A stretch of DNA of 64,000 nt from positions 5,804,223-5,868,222 of the forward strand of contig BFEA01000014.1 of assembly GCA_003427395.1 (NCBI GenBank). The letters are read 5' to 3'. Under the pieces are notes generated by a model. It saw nothing but the letters and a program-made list of their open reading frames with translations. It searched no databases and was not told the origin of the DNA. Numbering within the stretch: position 1 is the stretch's first letter; each line of letters begins with the position of its first letter. The DNA comes from Chara braunii. Taxonomy: Eukaryota; Plantae; Charophyceae. Positions 38,124 through 50,600 of the stretch are shown here, piece by piece. The position numbers were made by a program, and so were the translations under genes.

Positions 38124-40399
38124 TGAGTCCGCTTATCGCAAAAAGGGGGGAAGATAGCCGTTGGTTTATGCCAACGGCATCCTTAAAAAAAAAAAAAAAA
38201 ACAAAAAAAAAAAAAAACGAGGCAACAGCCNNNNNNNNNNNNNNNNNNNNNNNNNNNNNNNNNNNNNNNNNNNNNNNNNNNNNNNNNNNNNNNNNNNNNN
38301 NNNNNNNNNNNNNNNNNNNNNNNNNNNNNNNNNNNNNNNNNNNNNNNNNNNNNNNNNNNNNNNNNNNNNNNNNNNNNNNNNNNNNNNNNNNNAGAGGGGA
38401 AATGGGAGGATGGGAGAGAGGAGGACCCACTCCTCCATGGGAGAGAGTTGTCAAAAGGGGGGAAGAAAAAAAAAAAAAAAAAAAAAAACGAGAAAACGAG
38501 ATCAAAATTTTTGAAAATCTGTACTTTTTGGTTTGCGCCAATATTTTTTTGGTGGCGTTAAAAAAAATTGTCGGCCTTGAAATGTTTTCTGCAGGTAGCC
38601 AGGCACCTAGGCCATGCGCTTGATTTTTATTTTTTTTTTATTGGGTGAATGTGTTTTCAAAAACCATCAAAGTTAAAGAATGTTTTGCACCCCGCTTTGA
38701 GCCTATCGGGATTTGAACTGATAAATTTTCACGAGTTCTTTCCCTACCTCTCCCAACCTGCAATTGCCCTCCCCGTTTTCAGGGGAGTGCAGAGGACAAG
38801 GAGGGAGCGCTGTTGGTTTCAACAACGTGCACCTGACTGAAGTAAAGGTCGAGTGCATTGTAGTTATAGTTAGTTTTATTTTCATTTTTAGCTTGTCTAT
38901 TTTTCCTTATTTTTTTGCATTCTCGTGATGACACTTGTCTTCACGAGGTGTTACCTCTAGTAGAAGCTGCCAGAGATAACTGTGAGGCTCCCGTTTTTGG
39001 AGGGAGTCTGAAAATTGAGGGGTCATAAAGGAAAAGGTTAAGTACAACCTTTTCCCCAATGTATCTGCCCTGGAAAAAGGGTTGAGGTACATCAAACTGA
39101 AAGAGACAACCCCTTATCAGAAAAATAAAAGAAACTTAGAAAAGCAGATTTGGAAATGGCAAAAGCTCAGCTATCTCGTGAAATTCCAAAATAGTTGAGA
39201 TAAAGAAAATAAAAATAAAAATGAGGTAGTTGAGGGAACTGCCCCCACTAAGGCTGTGGTTGTGGTGCGGCCACAGTTAGCCCTGGATCTTGATCAGATC
39301 AAGGGCTCACTGTGAGCTCGTGATTTTGCTTGGGGGCTGGAGTGACGACCAACACTCCTCAACCACTATAAAAAGGGCAGTTGTCCCCAGTTGCCACACA
39401 GAAGCACTTGTGTTGCCAGTGTGCAACAACACACTTGAGTGTCGTCGAACTGTTGGAGGTGCTGCTGGAGGCAGCGCTGGAGGAGGTTGGAGGACTGCAG
39501 AAGAGTGTCGAACGAGGAGGATGATAGTCATAACCGAGGCAGGGAGCACTCTGCTTCATCCTTAGGCTGTTGCTGGGCCTTTGGAGTAGTTATTGGGACC
39601 GCCCCGCTGCACCGAGACTATGCGGCAGGAGTTGTTCTTTGGGCCTGAATTTTCTTCAGGTTCAAAGCTTTATTAATTTGACGGCGAGACTTCCTCTGCA
39701 ATGGCAGGCTTCAAGGTGGCGCAGGTGGAGGTATCAACGGAACTGGATCACGACAGGCTGCTTCCCCACTTTTGTGGGGGTATGCTGCCGATTTTTTCGG
39801 CATCGACGGCGGTTGTTTTTACAGTGTTATGCTGTGGAATTTGCGGCGCGTCCGATGACACTGAATAAAGGGGAGGTGCTATCCACTTTGCGGCATAACG
39901 AGGTGCGGTCCGTTTTGCGGCAGGACAAGGTGCTGTCCATTTTGCGGTATGGCGGAATTGACGTTCCCGTGGGAATATGCTGCCGATTTTTCCCGGCGTC
40001 AACGGCAGTAATTTTTACGGCGTTATGCTGATGAAATTGGGGTTCGTAAGGCGGCACTAAGAGGAGAGAATGTGCTGGTTTTCTTTTGGTGCGTCGAGTG
40101 ACAAGTTGTCAATGTCGGTGAAGGGGTAAATTGCAGTGACACTGTTGTGGCGGTACGGCGAACGATATTAGTAGTAGTGGCGATAGTCTCTGTGTTGGAC
40201 CATGCCTATCAAGGTGCAACGATACGTCAATTTATTTATTTATTGCACACATCGGCGGCGGTGGGGTTATTTGACCCTGACCTAGTGGACTTAGGGACCA
40301 ACGGAGCGCGTGAGCGGGATTGATAATGCCGGCAAAGTGGAAACTTGAGTGTTCTATTTTCTTTTGAGAAGTGTGGTGGAGACTATTTTGGCGAGTGAC

Positions 40400-40760
40400 A
40401 TCATCAGATGTTGGAAAGCAATAGTGCGGGAGGACTTGGGACCATCTCGGATCAATTGGGACCACTTGGGACCATCGAGGGCCAGGTGGGACATGAGAGG
40501 GCGGCGCAGTGACCATTGGGAGCATGTGGCACTTGCGATTTTGACACCAGCGAGTGTTATTATGAATTTGTTAGAGCGTGGTGAGCGCGGTTTCGGCAGT
40601 TGGGACCATCTGAATGATTCGATGCTATAGGCGGTAGTGCGGGACCACTTGGGACCGCCTGGGATCAGTTGGGACCGACACGGGACGCCGTGGATTTTTT
40701 TGGGACAAGTGTTGCTCGCCATCTTCACACTTGGGATTGCCGCGAGTGGGACTTGCGAGT
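40400..40760. repeat. Cluster of TGGGAC(C) motifs, likely a DNA-transposon subterminal region
   Basis: About ten or more gggac motifs with a partial internal duplication. Confidence 0.45.
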
Positions 40761-42650
40761 CAAGAGTAAACTGAGACTAGCGGTTGACCCAAGACTTACC
40801 TCGGGACTGCGGTTTCTTCGGCGACAAGTATATTTTACTTGGCTTTCTTGGCTGAGCCTGGACATGTTCGGCACCACTTCACTCAAGGCCAGTCAGTTGA
40901 TCGACTCAGATTCCTTTCACACTTGTGTGAACCCACGCTTTGTTTGACCCTGTTCGTTTTGAATATTCGAAAAAAAAACTAGAGGAAAGTCGTGCAAGTC
41001 ATGCATGTGAATGGAAAAATCTGACTTGAGTATGAAATTGTACCGGTTTCCTCTTTGAACTTATTGTCTTTGCGTGCTGTGCAGATAGGTAGAGGGATGC
41101 TTGCAAAGGAGAATGGTTAATGACTTATGGAGATGAGGAAAAATATTGTTTTGTTTGTATCTTTCGTTTGCTTGCTTGTTAAAAGAATTTGTTGTTCTGA
41201 AAAAGAGTAATCAAGTGCATGTTGTAAAATGAATTCGATTGAAATAAAGCAGATAAGGTCAAATGGACTTAACATTTTCCTGAGTTTTACCCGTTCTATC
41301 TTGAATGACCTTATCTGCCTATACCTGTTCAAATGATTCTCATTCTTTATCTCCTCTGTCTTCTTTTCGTCCGAGTTATCGTGAACTCCGGAGAGCTAAC
41401 AATAATTGAAAGCTACTTGCAATGGATACATCCTATCTCTCAAGGAAGCGTATGGGGCTGTGGTTCGTTGCTTTAGTTGTCGACCCTGTCATCAACCCAG
41501 AGTGGACCGTTCTTAAGGGGGGTACTTCGCCGATTCGGTGAAGACGACCCGACTTCTGAGATCCGAGTCTTGTGCTCATGCGAGGAGGAGGAGTACCCCA
41601 GACCACTTCCTAGAGCGAGAGGCATGCAACACTTCAAGCAATGCATCTGATCAAGAATCATCCGCAAAGCAGCCTGTCATTCGAAAAGATTAGGAACGTA
41701 TGAAGACGAGTGTGTGCGTGCCTAATCTTAGGTCATCGATAAGATGAAATGAATGACTTTGGCATCGTATCTCGTGATCAAGTCAAAACTAGGGCAGTAC
41801 GACTACCATATCAGTTACATCTATGTTATTTAATTGTCAAAAGTCAACTGCTCGTTGGCGGTTGTATGATTTTTGTGGAGTTCGACCCAGGGTGGTCAGA
41901 TTTTATTTTGATCATGTGTTATTGGATGTATCTAATGATAATTTTGATTCTTTCGAGTATGGTCGATTCCTTTTAGTGTAATTATGCGTGATGGTTATTG
42001 TATTTTTTTTTTTTTTTTACCGGTGTCGAAAGAGACTAGGATACTGTGGGTTTCAAGCTTGGTTGAAATCGTCTTAGTCGACCGTCCACTTCGTACTTAG
42101 GATATCAGCGCCCTAAGGAACGGATGACGTACAAATTCAATAAGTGTTTTAACCGCGCGTACCTATACTAAAGCGAGCGAGCAAACGCCCTCGGCTGACC
42201 TACCTCTGCAATTGCATGTAAAAATTTTTGCACGTGGGTCAGTAGCTCAGTAGGGATACGCCCTAAAGATGATGAGAGCCCCTTAGGGAAAGCATATGCC
42301 CCGCGGGAACCTATCCTGTCGTAGGGGACCGTAGGATGTACTGCTGGAGCACCCGACTAGAGCGACAACGAAACGATGCTACCACGACTGCCTCAACAGT
42401 TCGCGGGGTTGTTAAATGTCGTACCCGAGTTATCTCTCATTTGGTTTGTGTTAAATCCTCCGTGACATGGCCAGGAGGGCTCCGACCTTTGCAAAAAAAG
42501 GCGGCAGTCGATGCGCTTGACAGCGCAATCCTGAAATCGGATCAGAAAATATTAATCTACTGCTTTCATCTTTTCAACATCATATGCCTTATCTCATGGT
42601 CAATCTAGTAGGCAAAAAGGGAGAAGGACAACATTATATATATATATATA

Positions 42651-42757
42651 GCCTCCTCATGAGTCGGTGAAACTCCGACGAAACAGTTTGTCACAGCCCC
42701 TCGTTTGTTGTCCTCTTCTCCCTCTCTACCTACAGTTTACCGGGCAGTTCTATTTGA

Positions 42758-42760
<3 letters not shown>
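42651..42760 (+). ncRNA. Hammerhead-bearing PLE terminal fragment between (TA)n tracts, with mutated core
   Basis: GCCTC-CTCATGA-GTCGG-tgaaact-CCGAC-GAAACAG...tttgacga(TA)n; homologous to 21661-21778. Confidence 0.8.
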
Positions 42761-42792
<32 letters not shown>

Positions 42793-42795
<3 letters not shown>

Positions 42796-43441
42796 GGTGA
42801 CCAGCCCGTACGTACGGAGGTCCCCGGGCAGATCTCCGTACGTATGGGCGTTCGGGGCCCCATACAGGGTCCAAACCCGACGGCGTTCGGCCCCCGCCAA
42901 AAAATATTTCGGGGCCTAAAAATAATCATTTTTTTCTCAATTGTTTTTTTTTTACTTCTCTATGACGTGAGGTACATACCTGTAATTTTTCAATTCATTT
43001 GGCCAAGCCAAATAAGAATTAAAAATCACCAAAGATGGCGGTGTCAAAACGTGTTCGCCCATGTATTCTTTTACTTTTTACTTTTTGTTTTCACTTCAGT
43101 TCGGGATCTAAACAATTTTATTATTTTTTGAAAATTTTTTAGTGGGTTTTGTATTATGTGAAGTAAACATCTGTAAATTTTCAGGGCATTTAGCTTTGCC
43201 AAAACAAAATGAAAAATCGCAAAGATGGCGGTGTCGAAAACATGCTCGCCCACTCACTACATTTACATCTCTTTTTATTTTTATTTATTTTTATTATTAG
43301 TATTTGTTTTCCGTATTTTATTTTTATTTCAAATTTAGTAAGGAAATCGGATGTAATGCTCAGGCAAATCTTATTAAGTTTATTTTTCGCCATAACATAT
43401 CTTTTTTTCAGATTTTGTTTATTATCTTTTTTTTTTTTTTT
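42793..43441 (+). mobile_element. hAT-like MITE (CAGGGTGACC) running into a gap
   Basis: Homologous to 21330-21640 and to the reverse complement of 44560-45178. Confidence 0.75.
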
Positions 43442-44380
43442 NNNNNNNNNNNNNNNNNNNNNNNNNNNNNNNNNNNNNNNNNNNNNNNNNNNNNNNNNNN
43501 NNNNNNNNNNNNNNNNNNNNNNNNNNNNNNNNNNNNNNNNNNNNNNNNNNNNNNNNNNNNNNNNNNNNNNNNNNNNNNNNNNNNNNNNNNNNNNNNNNNN
43601 NNNNNNNNNNNNNNNNNNNNNNNNNNNNNNNNNNNNNNNNNNNNNNNNNNNNNNNNNNNNNNNNNNNNNNNNNNNNNNNNNNNNNNNNNNNNNNNNNNNN
43701 NNNNNNNNNNNNNNNNNNNNNNNNNNNNNNNNNNNNNNNNNNNNNNNNNNNNNNNNNNNNNNNNNNNNNNNNNNNNNNNNNNNNNNNNNNNNNNNNNNNN
43801 NNNNNNNNNNNNNNNNNNNNNNNNNNNNNNNNNNNNNNNNNNNNNNNNNNNNNNNNNNNNNNNNNNNNNNNNNNNNNNNNNNNNNNNNNNNNNNNNNNNN
43901 NNNNNNNNNNNNNNNNNNNNNNNNNNNNNNNNNNNNNNNNNNNNNNNNNNNNNNNNNNNNNNNNNNNNNNNNNNNNNNNNNNNNNNNNNNNNNNNNNNNN
44001 NNNNNNNNNNNNNNNNNNNNNNNNNNNNNNNNNNNNNNNNNNNNNNNNNNNNNNNNNNNNNNNNNNNNNNNNNNNNNNNNNNNNNNNNNNNNNNNNNNNN
44101 NNNNNNNNNNNNNNNNNNNNNNNNNNNNNNNNNNNNNNNNNNNNNNNNNNNNNNNNNNNNNNNNNNNNNNNNNNNNNNNNNNNNNNNNNNNNNNNNNNNN
44201 NNNNNNNNNNNNNNNNNNNNNNNNNNNNNNNNNNNNNNNNNNNNNNNNNNNNNNNNNNNNNNNNNNNNNNNNNNNNNNNNNNNNNNNNNNNNNNNNNNNN
44301 NNNNNNNNNNNNNNNNNNNNNNNNNNNNNNNNNNNNNNNNNNNNNNNNNNNNNNNNNNNNNACCGGGCAGTTCTATTTGA

Positions 44381-44415
<35 letters not shown>

Positions 44416-44418
<3 letters not shown>

Positions 44419-45178
44419 GGTTGCCGGTGTTCGGGATGGGCCGAACGCCCGAACTTGAACGCCCGAACGTACGGGACCCCTTCGGGAGGCGTTCCGCCGT
44501 TCGGGCCGCACGCGGACAAAAAAAAAAAAAAAAAAGTTTTCAAACAATTCCCAAAAAAAACTCTGTTATGAAGAAACATAAATTAAACAACATTTGTCTG
44601 GGCACTACATCCAAATTGTTTACCAAATTTAAATTAAAAATCCAATACAGAAAATAAACACTGTGATAAAAATAAAAAAAAATAAAAAGAGAATTAAAAT
44701 CAGTGAGTGTGCCAGCACCTTTTCGACACCGCCATCTTTGCCGATTTTTAATTATTTTTCGGCATTGACAAATGCCTTGAAAATTTACAGATATGTAGTT
44801 TACATAATCAATAACTCATTAAAAGTTTTTCAAAAAATAATAAATTTTTTTAGGCCCCGAAATAAAGTGAAAACAAAAAGGTAAAAGGTGAAACAAACCG
44901 AAATAGTGAGTGGGCAAGCACGTTTTGACACCCCCATCTTTGACGATTTTTAATGTTTTTTAGGCTTAGCATAATGGCTTCAAAATTGATAGGCGTGTAG
45001 GTTACATCATAGAGAACTCACAAAAAAAACTTCAGAAAACAAAACTTATTTTTAAGCCCCGAAATATTTTTTGGTGGGGGCCGAACCTGGAGTTGTTCGG
45101 CCCCTGAACAGGACCCCGAACGCCCGAACATTCGGGGGCCAGCCCAGGGCCCCCCGAACGTTCGGTCAGGTAACCCTG
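44416..45178. mobile_element. Complete hAT-like MITE within (TA)n
   Basis: TIR CAGGGTTRCC at both ends; CCGAAC/GTTCGG subterminal repeats; (TA)n on both sides. Confidence 0.8.
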
Positions 45179-45192
45179 TATATATATTTATA

Positions 45193-45242
<50 letters not shown>

Positions 45243-45264
45243 GTTGTCCCACAACTCTCTATGG

Positions 45265-45570
45265 TCAGAGACATGTACAATGGCCATGTAAGGCAGGGAT
45301 GTGGGATGAAGGGTTAAACCACTCACCTGCTCGAGCATTGCGTAGTTCAAGTTGACGGTCCCTCATTGTTACTTGTAGGACAACAATGGTAAAGCCTCCT
45401 TCGCTGGTAAAATTACAATCCTCTGGCTGTTGTTGGGGAAGATCAGCATCAAGCTGAAAAGCGATTGCAAGGAAGTCTGATGGTGTATAAAACAGGCGAT
45501 GGAGAATGTGAAGACATATATTAGTTGTTGTCAAACCACAAAGATTGGTAAGGCTCTCAGGCTGGTTTGT
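45265..45570 (-). pseudogene. Josephin (ataxin-3-like) cysteine protease domain, truncated
   Basis: NLCG...FYTPSDFLAIAFQLD...QQPEDCNFTSEGGFTIVVLQVTMRDRQLEL...HGH versus ataxin-3 SLCA...FSPVELSSIAHQLD...QQPSGNMDDSGFFSIQVISNALKVWGLEL...EHW. Confidence 0.8.
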
Positions 45571-46374
45571 TAGATGTTGCCCAACAATTTGCAAATCACC
45601 CAGATGGCGTTGCAAGCCCAACCTGTGTTGGGTTGTTTGTTGGTCAGTCATTTGCAGATCACCCATGTGGTCTGCGTGTGGCGGAGCACAAAATTTTGTT
45701 TCATCCGAACAATGTTGGTCAGCCATTTGCAGATCCCCCATGTGGTCTACGCGTTGTGGGGTCAACTGCAATCCGGGTAGATCATGTTCCAATCTCTCAA
45801 CATTTAGGGATGCATCATGAGTAGGGATTATACCTGGAGTCGGGAGTGTACTCTAGGCAGCGGCTGCATTCTGAGTAGGGACTAGTGGCTGCCAGCAGGC
45901 AGCTGGACTGTTTGCAAGAGTCATAGGAGCTGATATTGTCGTTTGGAACAAAGGAACCGCAACAACCTATGGAGGAGGCACAATCAGCGAAGACAAAGAA
46001 ACAGGTTGCTGATCCTCGGACAAGTCACGGTGTCGCGGATGTCGTCGGTGATACACAACAAGAGGAGTAGTGGTGTTGCAAACAGAAGCTGAATTTGTAC
46101 CTAGCAACGCAGGTGGAACAAGGGGAAAAATGGAAACTCGAGAGTCTATTCGCAAGCGAGACCGTGGAGGAGATGGGGGTGGTGAGGAGGAACGCAGTCG
46201 TCATCGGCCAAGCACAGGCAAAGATGAGGTGGGGGTGCGTTGGGCAAGATTTCGGAGCAAAGGACGTGAGCGTCGAAAAGATTGTGATGTTCTTTGCATT
46301 AGAGCTGCAGGACATGAAGCTATAGCAGTAAAAACTAAAGTAGGGGGAATTACAGTTAGGAAACCTGCTATACT

Positions 46375-46625
46375 GAAAACTGCAGCAGTGGAAACTGGAG
46401 CGGCAGAAACTGGAGCAGTGGAAACTGGAGCAATGGAAACTGCAGCAAAGGAAACCGCAACAGTGGACACTGCAACAGTGGAAACCGGAGCAGTGGAAAC
46501 TGCAGCAGTGGACACTTCAGCAGTGGAAACCGCAACAGTGGACACTGCAGCAGTGAAAACTGCAGAAGTGGAGACTTCAACAATGAAAACTGGAGGAGTG
46601 GAGACTGCAACAGTGAAAACTGCGG
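46375..46625. repeat. 15-bp minisatellite (gaaactgcagcagtg)n in the PLE linker
   Basis: About 16 degenerate units encoding (STAAV)n on the minus strand. Confidence 0.9.
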
Positions 46626-47302
46626 TAGCAGCAAATGAGTAAGCAGGGGGCAGAACGAGAGCATCGTGGGGGCGAAGAAGAAATTGGATGATACAAGGAC
46701 CATCGCAACATGCGCCGGAACCACTTAGAGAGATGCGTCACATGTGTAGGATAGCGACGTTGGCGGAAGCGCATGTAGCAGGTCCACCCCTTAGCAAGGG
46801 TTGGTGGGGAATGCCCACGCGAAAGCATACAACGAGTAAGTGTTGTTGCCACAGTTCGAAAGTTGTTACAGATTTGTTCAAATCTGGTCAATTGCCCAAT
46901 GAACACACTAGCCGGTTGATGGGAAGGGATGTTGGAGGTCGCACTTGGATAACGAATAACAGTAAAATCCCAAGCAGTCGCTTAATCAAAGACGCTCATG
47001 TGAAGCGAGCCATCGGGACGGCACCATGGTCCATGCCATGATTGATGTCATTGATTTCTTACATGATGCTGTTTTCTTGCCACAACAAACCGTCTGCAAT
47101 CTTTTTTATGTCGAAGATCATTCCTCTGGCCCCGTGCTGCAGCAAAACAATGCACCAACACTCTGCGACCTTCTCCTTTGCACAACCACAAACACTGTTA
47201 CACTCAGTTGTAGCCGCCATTGTCTCTGTCACAATCACTACAATGACATGGTTTCGACATCTGCATGTGCAGAGGATTTTTCTCACCATTCATGACTGCA
47301 GG

Positions 47303-48219
47303 CAGGGTTGTCACGCGTGGGCCCCCGGGGGCAAAGTCGAGGTAGGGGTTTGACCCCCGGACCCCCGCCGCGGGGGTGCCTTACCCCCACCCACCCCAAA
47401 ACACCCCCGNNNNNNNNNNNNNNNNNNNNNNNNNNNNNNNNNNNNNNNNNNNNNNNNNNNNNNNNNNNNNNNNNNNNNNNNNNNNNNNNNNNNNNNNNNN
47501 NNNNNNNNNNNNNNNNNNNNNNNNNNNNNNNNNNNNNNNNNNNNNNNNNNNNNNNNNNNNNNNNNNNNNNNNNNNNNNNNNNNNNNNNNNNNNNNNNNNN
47601 NNNNNNNNNNNNNNNNNNNNNNNNNNNNNNNNNNNNNNNNNNNNNNNNNNNNNNNNNNNNNNNNNNNNNNNNNNNNNNNNNNNNNNNNNNNNNNNNNNNN
47701 NNNNNNNNNNNNNNNNNNNNNNNNNNNNNNNNNNNNNNNNNNNNNNNNNNNNNNNNNNNNNNNNNNNNNNNNNNNNNNNNNNNNNNNNNNNNNNNNNNNN
47801 NNNNNNNNNNNNNNNNNNNNNNNNNNNNNNNNNNNNNNNNNNNNNNNNNNNNNNNNNNNNNNNNNNNNNNNNNNNNNNNNNNNNNNNNNNNNNNNNNNNN
47901 NNNNNNNNNNNNNNNNNNNNNNNNNNNNNNNNNNNNNNNNNNNNNNNNNNNNNNNCACCCCGCTAGGCCCCACCCCCGGCCCCGCGCCCGCACTACCCCG
48001 GGCTCACGAGGGTGTGGTGTAGACCGGGGGGGGGGGCCAAGGTCTGGCCAAAACTGCAATATTGCAGTTTGGCCCAGGGGGTGCAGGCTGCAGCTTCGCA
48101 CCCCCCTGTATTTTTTTTTATTTTTTTATTTTTTTACTTTTTCTGTCGGGGCCAGGGGTGCCGACCCCCGGCCCCCGGGACCCCCGCCGGGGCCCCGGGG
48201 CCGGGGCTCGACAACCCTG
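47303..48219. mobile_element. hAT-like MITE with TIR CAGGGTTGTC and CCCCGG subterminal motifs
   Basis: CAGGGTTGTC...GACAACCCTG; internal gap; flanks do not form a TSD. Confidence 0.65.
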
Positions 48220-49184
48220 GTTAGAGGAGCTGCACAAGCAGTAAGACGAGCTCCTTCAGATGGATCAAACCCAGTTCGTCTCCCTTTGGAGCACCTGTTT
48301 TGTTTGTCCCCAAAAAGGAAGGAGAGCTGCGCATGTGTATAGACTATAGGGGTCTGAATGCGATTACTATGGAGAACGCTGAGCCGCTGCCCAGGAAAGA
48401 CGATCTTCTAGATCGGGTGCAGGGTTGTAAGTATTTCTCAAAGATAGATTTGAAGTCCGGGTATCATCAGATAGAAGGCCATCCTGATGACCAGTACAAG
48501 ACTGGACTCGTTATGGGCATTATGAGTTTATAGTGATGCCCTTTGGACTAACCAACGCACCAGCTACATTTCAGCATTGTATGAATGATCTATTTAGACC
48601 GTGGTTAGATAAGTTTGTAGTAGTCTATTTATATGATATATTAGTATTCAGCAGGACCCTCCAAGAGCATCAGGGTTTGAGGCAGGTGGGCCAAGACACA
48701 AATTTTGTACTTCGCCCACGTTTTAGACGGAGATGGCATTAAGCCTGAGGACAACAAGATAGCGGGAATTAGAGAGTGGCCAACGCCCCACACATTGACT
48801 CAATTGCGGTCGTTCCTAGGCCTAGCTAATTATTACAGGAAGTTCGTGAGGAACTTCTCCACTATCGCCGCAAGGGTCCCTTGCACAGGTTGCTAAAGAA
48901 AGCGGCAATCTGGCAATGGGATAAAGACTGTACATCTGCGCCTATGTTGCACGCCCGGTCACGGTCGGGGCCGAAAAATCGGCCGCGGCCACGGCCGTCG
49001 ACCAAATCGGTCGGGTCTGGCCACGGCCGACCAGCCAAGTTTGGTGCAGCATTTTTCTTTATTTTTATAACTCATCAAAAAAACAAAATGGGCGTGTAGG
49101 GCTAAAATGGGGCATTGTTGTTTTCTATTGCGTTAAAAAAAAAAAAAAATGAAAAAAAAAAAAACGTTTCCAAACCCCGCGCAA

Positions 49185-49241
<57 letters not shown>

Positions 49242-49999
49242 ACGGGTGAAGACCGGGTGGACTTACTGCAGGTCCACTATGTTTCAACGATAAACTTTAT
49301 TCAGATTTTCTTAGCGGACTTACTGCAGGTCCAGTATGTCGATTCATAGCGTAACCAGGCAAGCACATAGAAGATCGGGTGGACTTACTACATCACTAGA
49401 CCGTGGGTTTGAAGTGGCTCCAAAGTGCAGCTGTAGGAATCAACCCATCAGCAGTTTCTAGAGGGAGGTACCCTCCATGTGTGTGTTCAAAAATGATCCC
49501 ACGGTGAATCCGCCATGCAACTCCACTCTTTCAGTGGTACACCAGGTCCACCCATAGCCCATCACGTGCCGTTTCAACTGCCACCCATCCATGCTACCTA
49601 GCCAACTTAAAATGTTGGCCCACACGCAAACAAACTAAACAGGCAAACCACTGCTGTCACTTTACTTCTTTGAAGCTACCTCATATATCTGTGGCTAACC
49701 ACAACGAGTTCACTAAGCCCCACATAGGATGGAGGGCATGGGGGAGGTGGGAGGGCAGATGACATGCAATGACACCAGGTAAGCAATGAAAAGGCATGAC
49801 ATGATAAGGCATGGGATGACAAGCAACAGCGAAGTACAAAGGCTGGAGGGCACAGGGGAGGTGGAAGGGAAGACGACACAGAAACACACCAAGGAGGCGG
49901 GAGGGCAGACAGGAACAAGCACACAAGGCAGGCAAATCAGAAAAAATACAAGTCCATAAAAGTTTCAAAGATCGAAAAAAATAAAAATTGATGATGACA

Positions 50000-50055
50000 A
50001 GATTGTTTCGCCGGAATTGCACCGACTCATCAGGAGGCTGAACCCTCGACAATCT
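50000..50055 (-). ncRNA. Intact type III hammerhead ribozyme
   Basis: AGATTGT-C^-GAGG-gttcag-CCTC-CTGATGA-GTCGG-tgcaatt-CCGGC-GAA-ACAATCT: all three stems pair, the core is perfect and the cleavage triplet is GUC. Confidence 0.93.
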
Positions 50056-50129
50056 GCGAAATCCCCGTATTTGATGGTTTGGGTCATGAACCCTTTGACC
50101 CATGTTGAAGGCAGACTGTCCCCAAGCGG

Positions 50130-50600
50130 GACATAGCAGCGGGCAGCAACCCTGTGGAGCACCAGGCAACACAGTAGAGGCAGCCCAACTGCTTATCACC
50201 AAAGACGACTGCAAGGAACGACAAGGCAAGCGGACGAGCAACTGGGCAACCGTGCGGTGAAGCACAAGGCAACATCAGCAAGGCGACCAGACTACAAGGC
50301 ACGCAAGCAAGTAAAGGACGCGGCAGGCCAACAGGGCAAGCAGACGAGCAGCTCGGCAACCGTGCAGTGAAGCACAAGGCATCACCAACAAGACAACCAA
50401 ACTACAAGGCATGCACGCAAAGGACACTGAAGGCCGACTGGGCACACGGACAAGCAGCTCAGCAACCGTGCAGCGAAGCGCGAGGCAACGCCACAAGGCT
50501 ACCAAACCACAAGGCACACGAGCAGAAGACACGGGAGGCACGACCCGCGGGTAGGCGGCAAGGCAGCAGAGCAGCAAGGACGACCTGCAAAGCAAGCGGC
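50130..50600. repeat. Degenerate ~110-bp tandem repeats
   Basis: gcaaccgtgc.g.gaagc.c.aggca...ac.acaaggca recurs at ~50246, ~50357 and ~50462. Confidence 0.7.

Larger units (their letters stand above)
45241..47045 (-). mobile_element. PLE 3' fragment: RT thumb, linker, zinc finger, Josephin-like domain
   Basis: DGSLHMSVFD, YPSATSNIPSHQP, GQLTRFEQIC, WFRRMLRW; zinc finger CSTC-x12-H-x3-C (~46056-46122); Josephin-like ORF 45265-45792. Confidence 0.85.

Noticed and set aside
41350-42600. Possible LTR fragment ending ...CAACA
   Set aside because: No partner LTR, TSD or coding domain in the window to support it.
46070-46642. Plus-strand ORF with (ETAAV)n repeats as a gene
   Set aside because: Antisense reading of the PLE linker minisatellite.
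50130-50600. Spaced repeats as a CRISPR-like array
   Set aside because: The units are degenerate tandem duplicates without unique spacers, the context is eukaryotic, and there are no cas genes.
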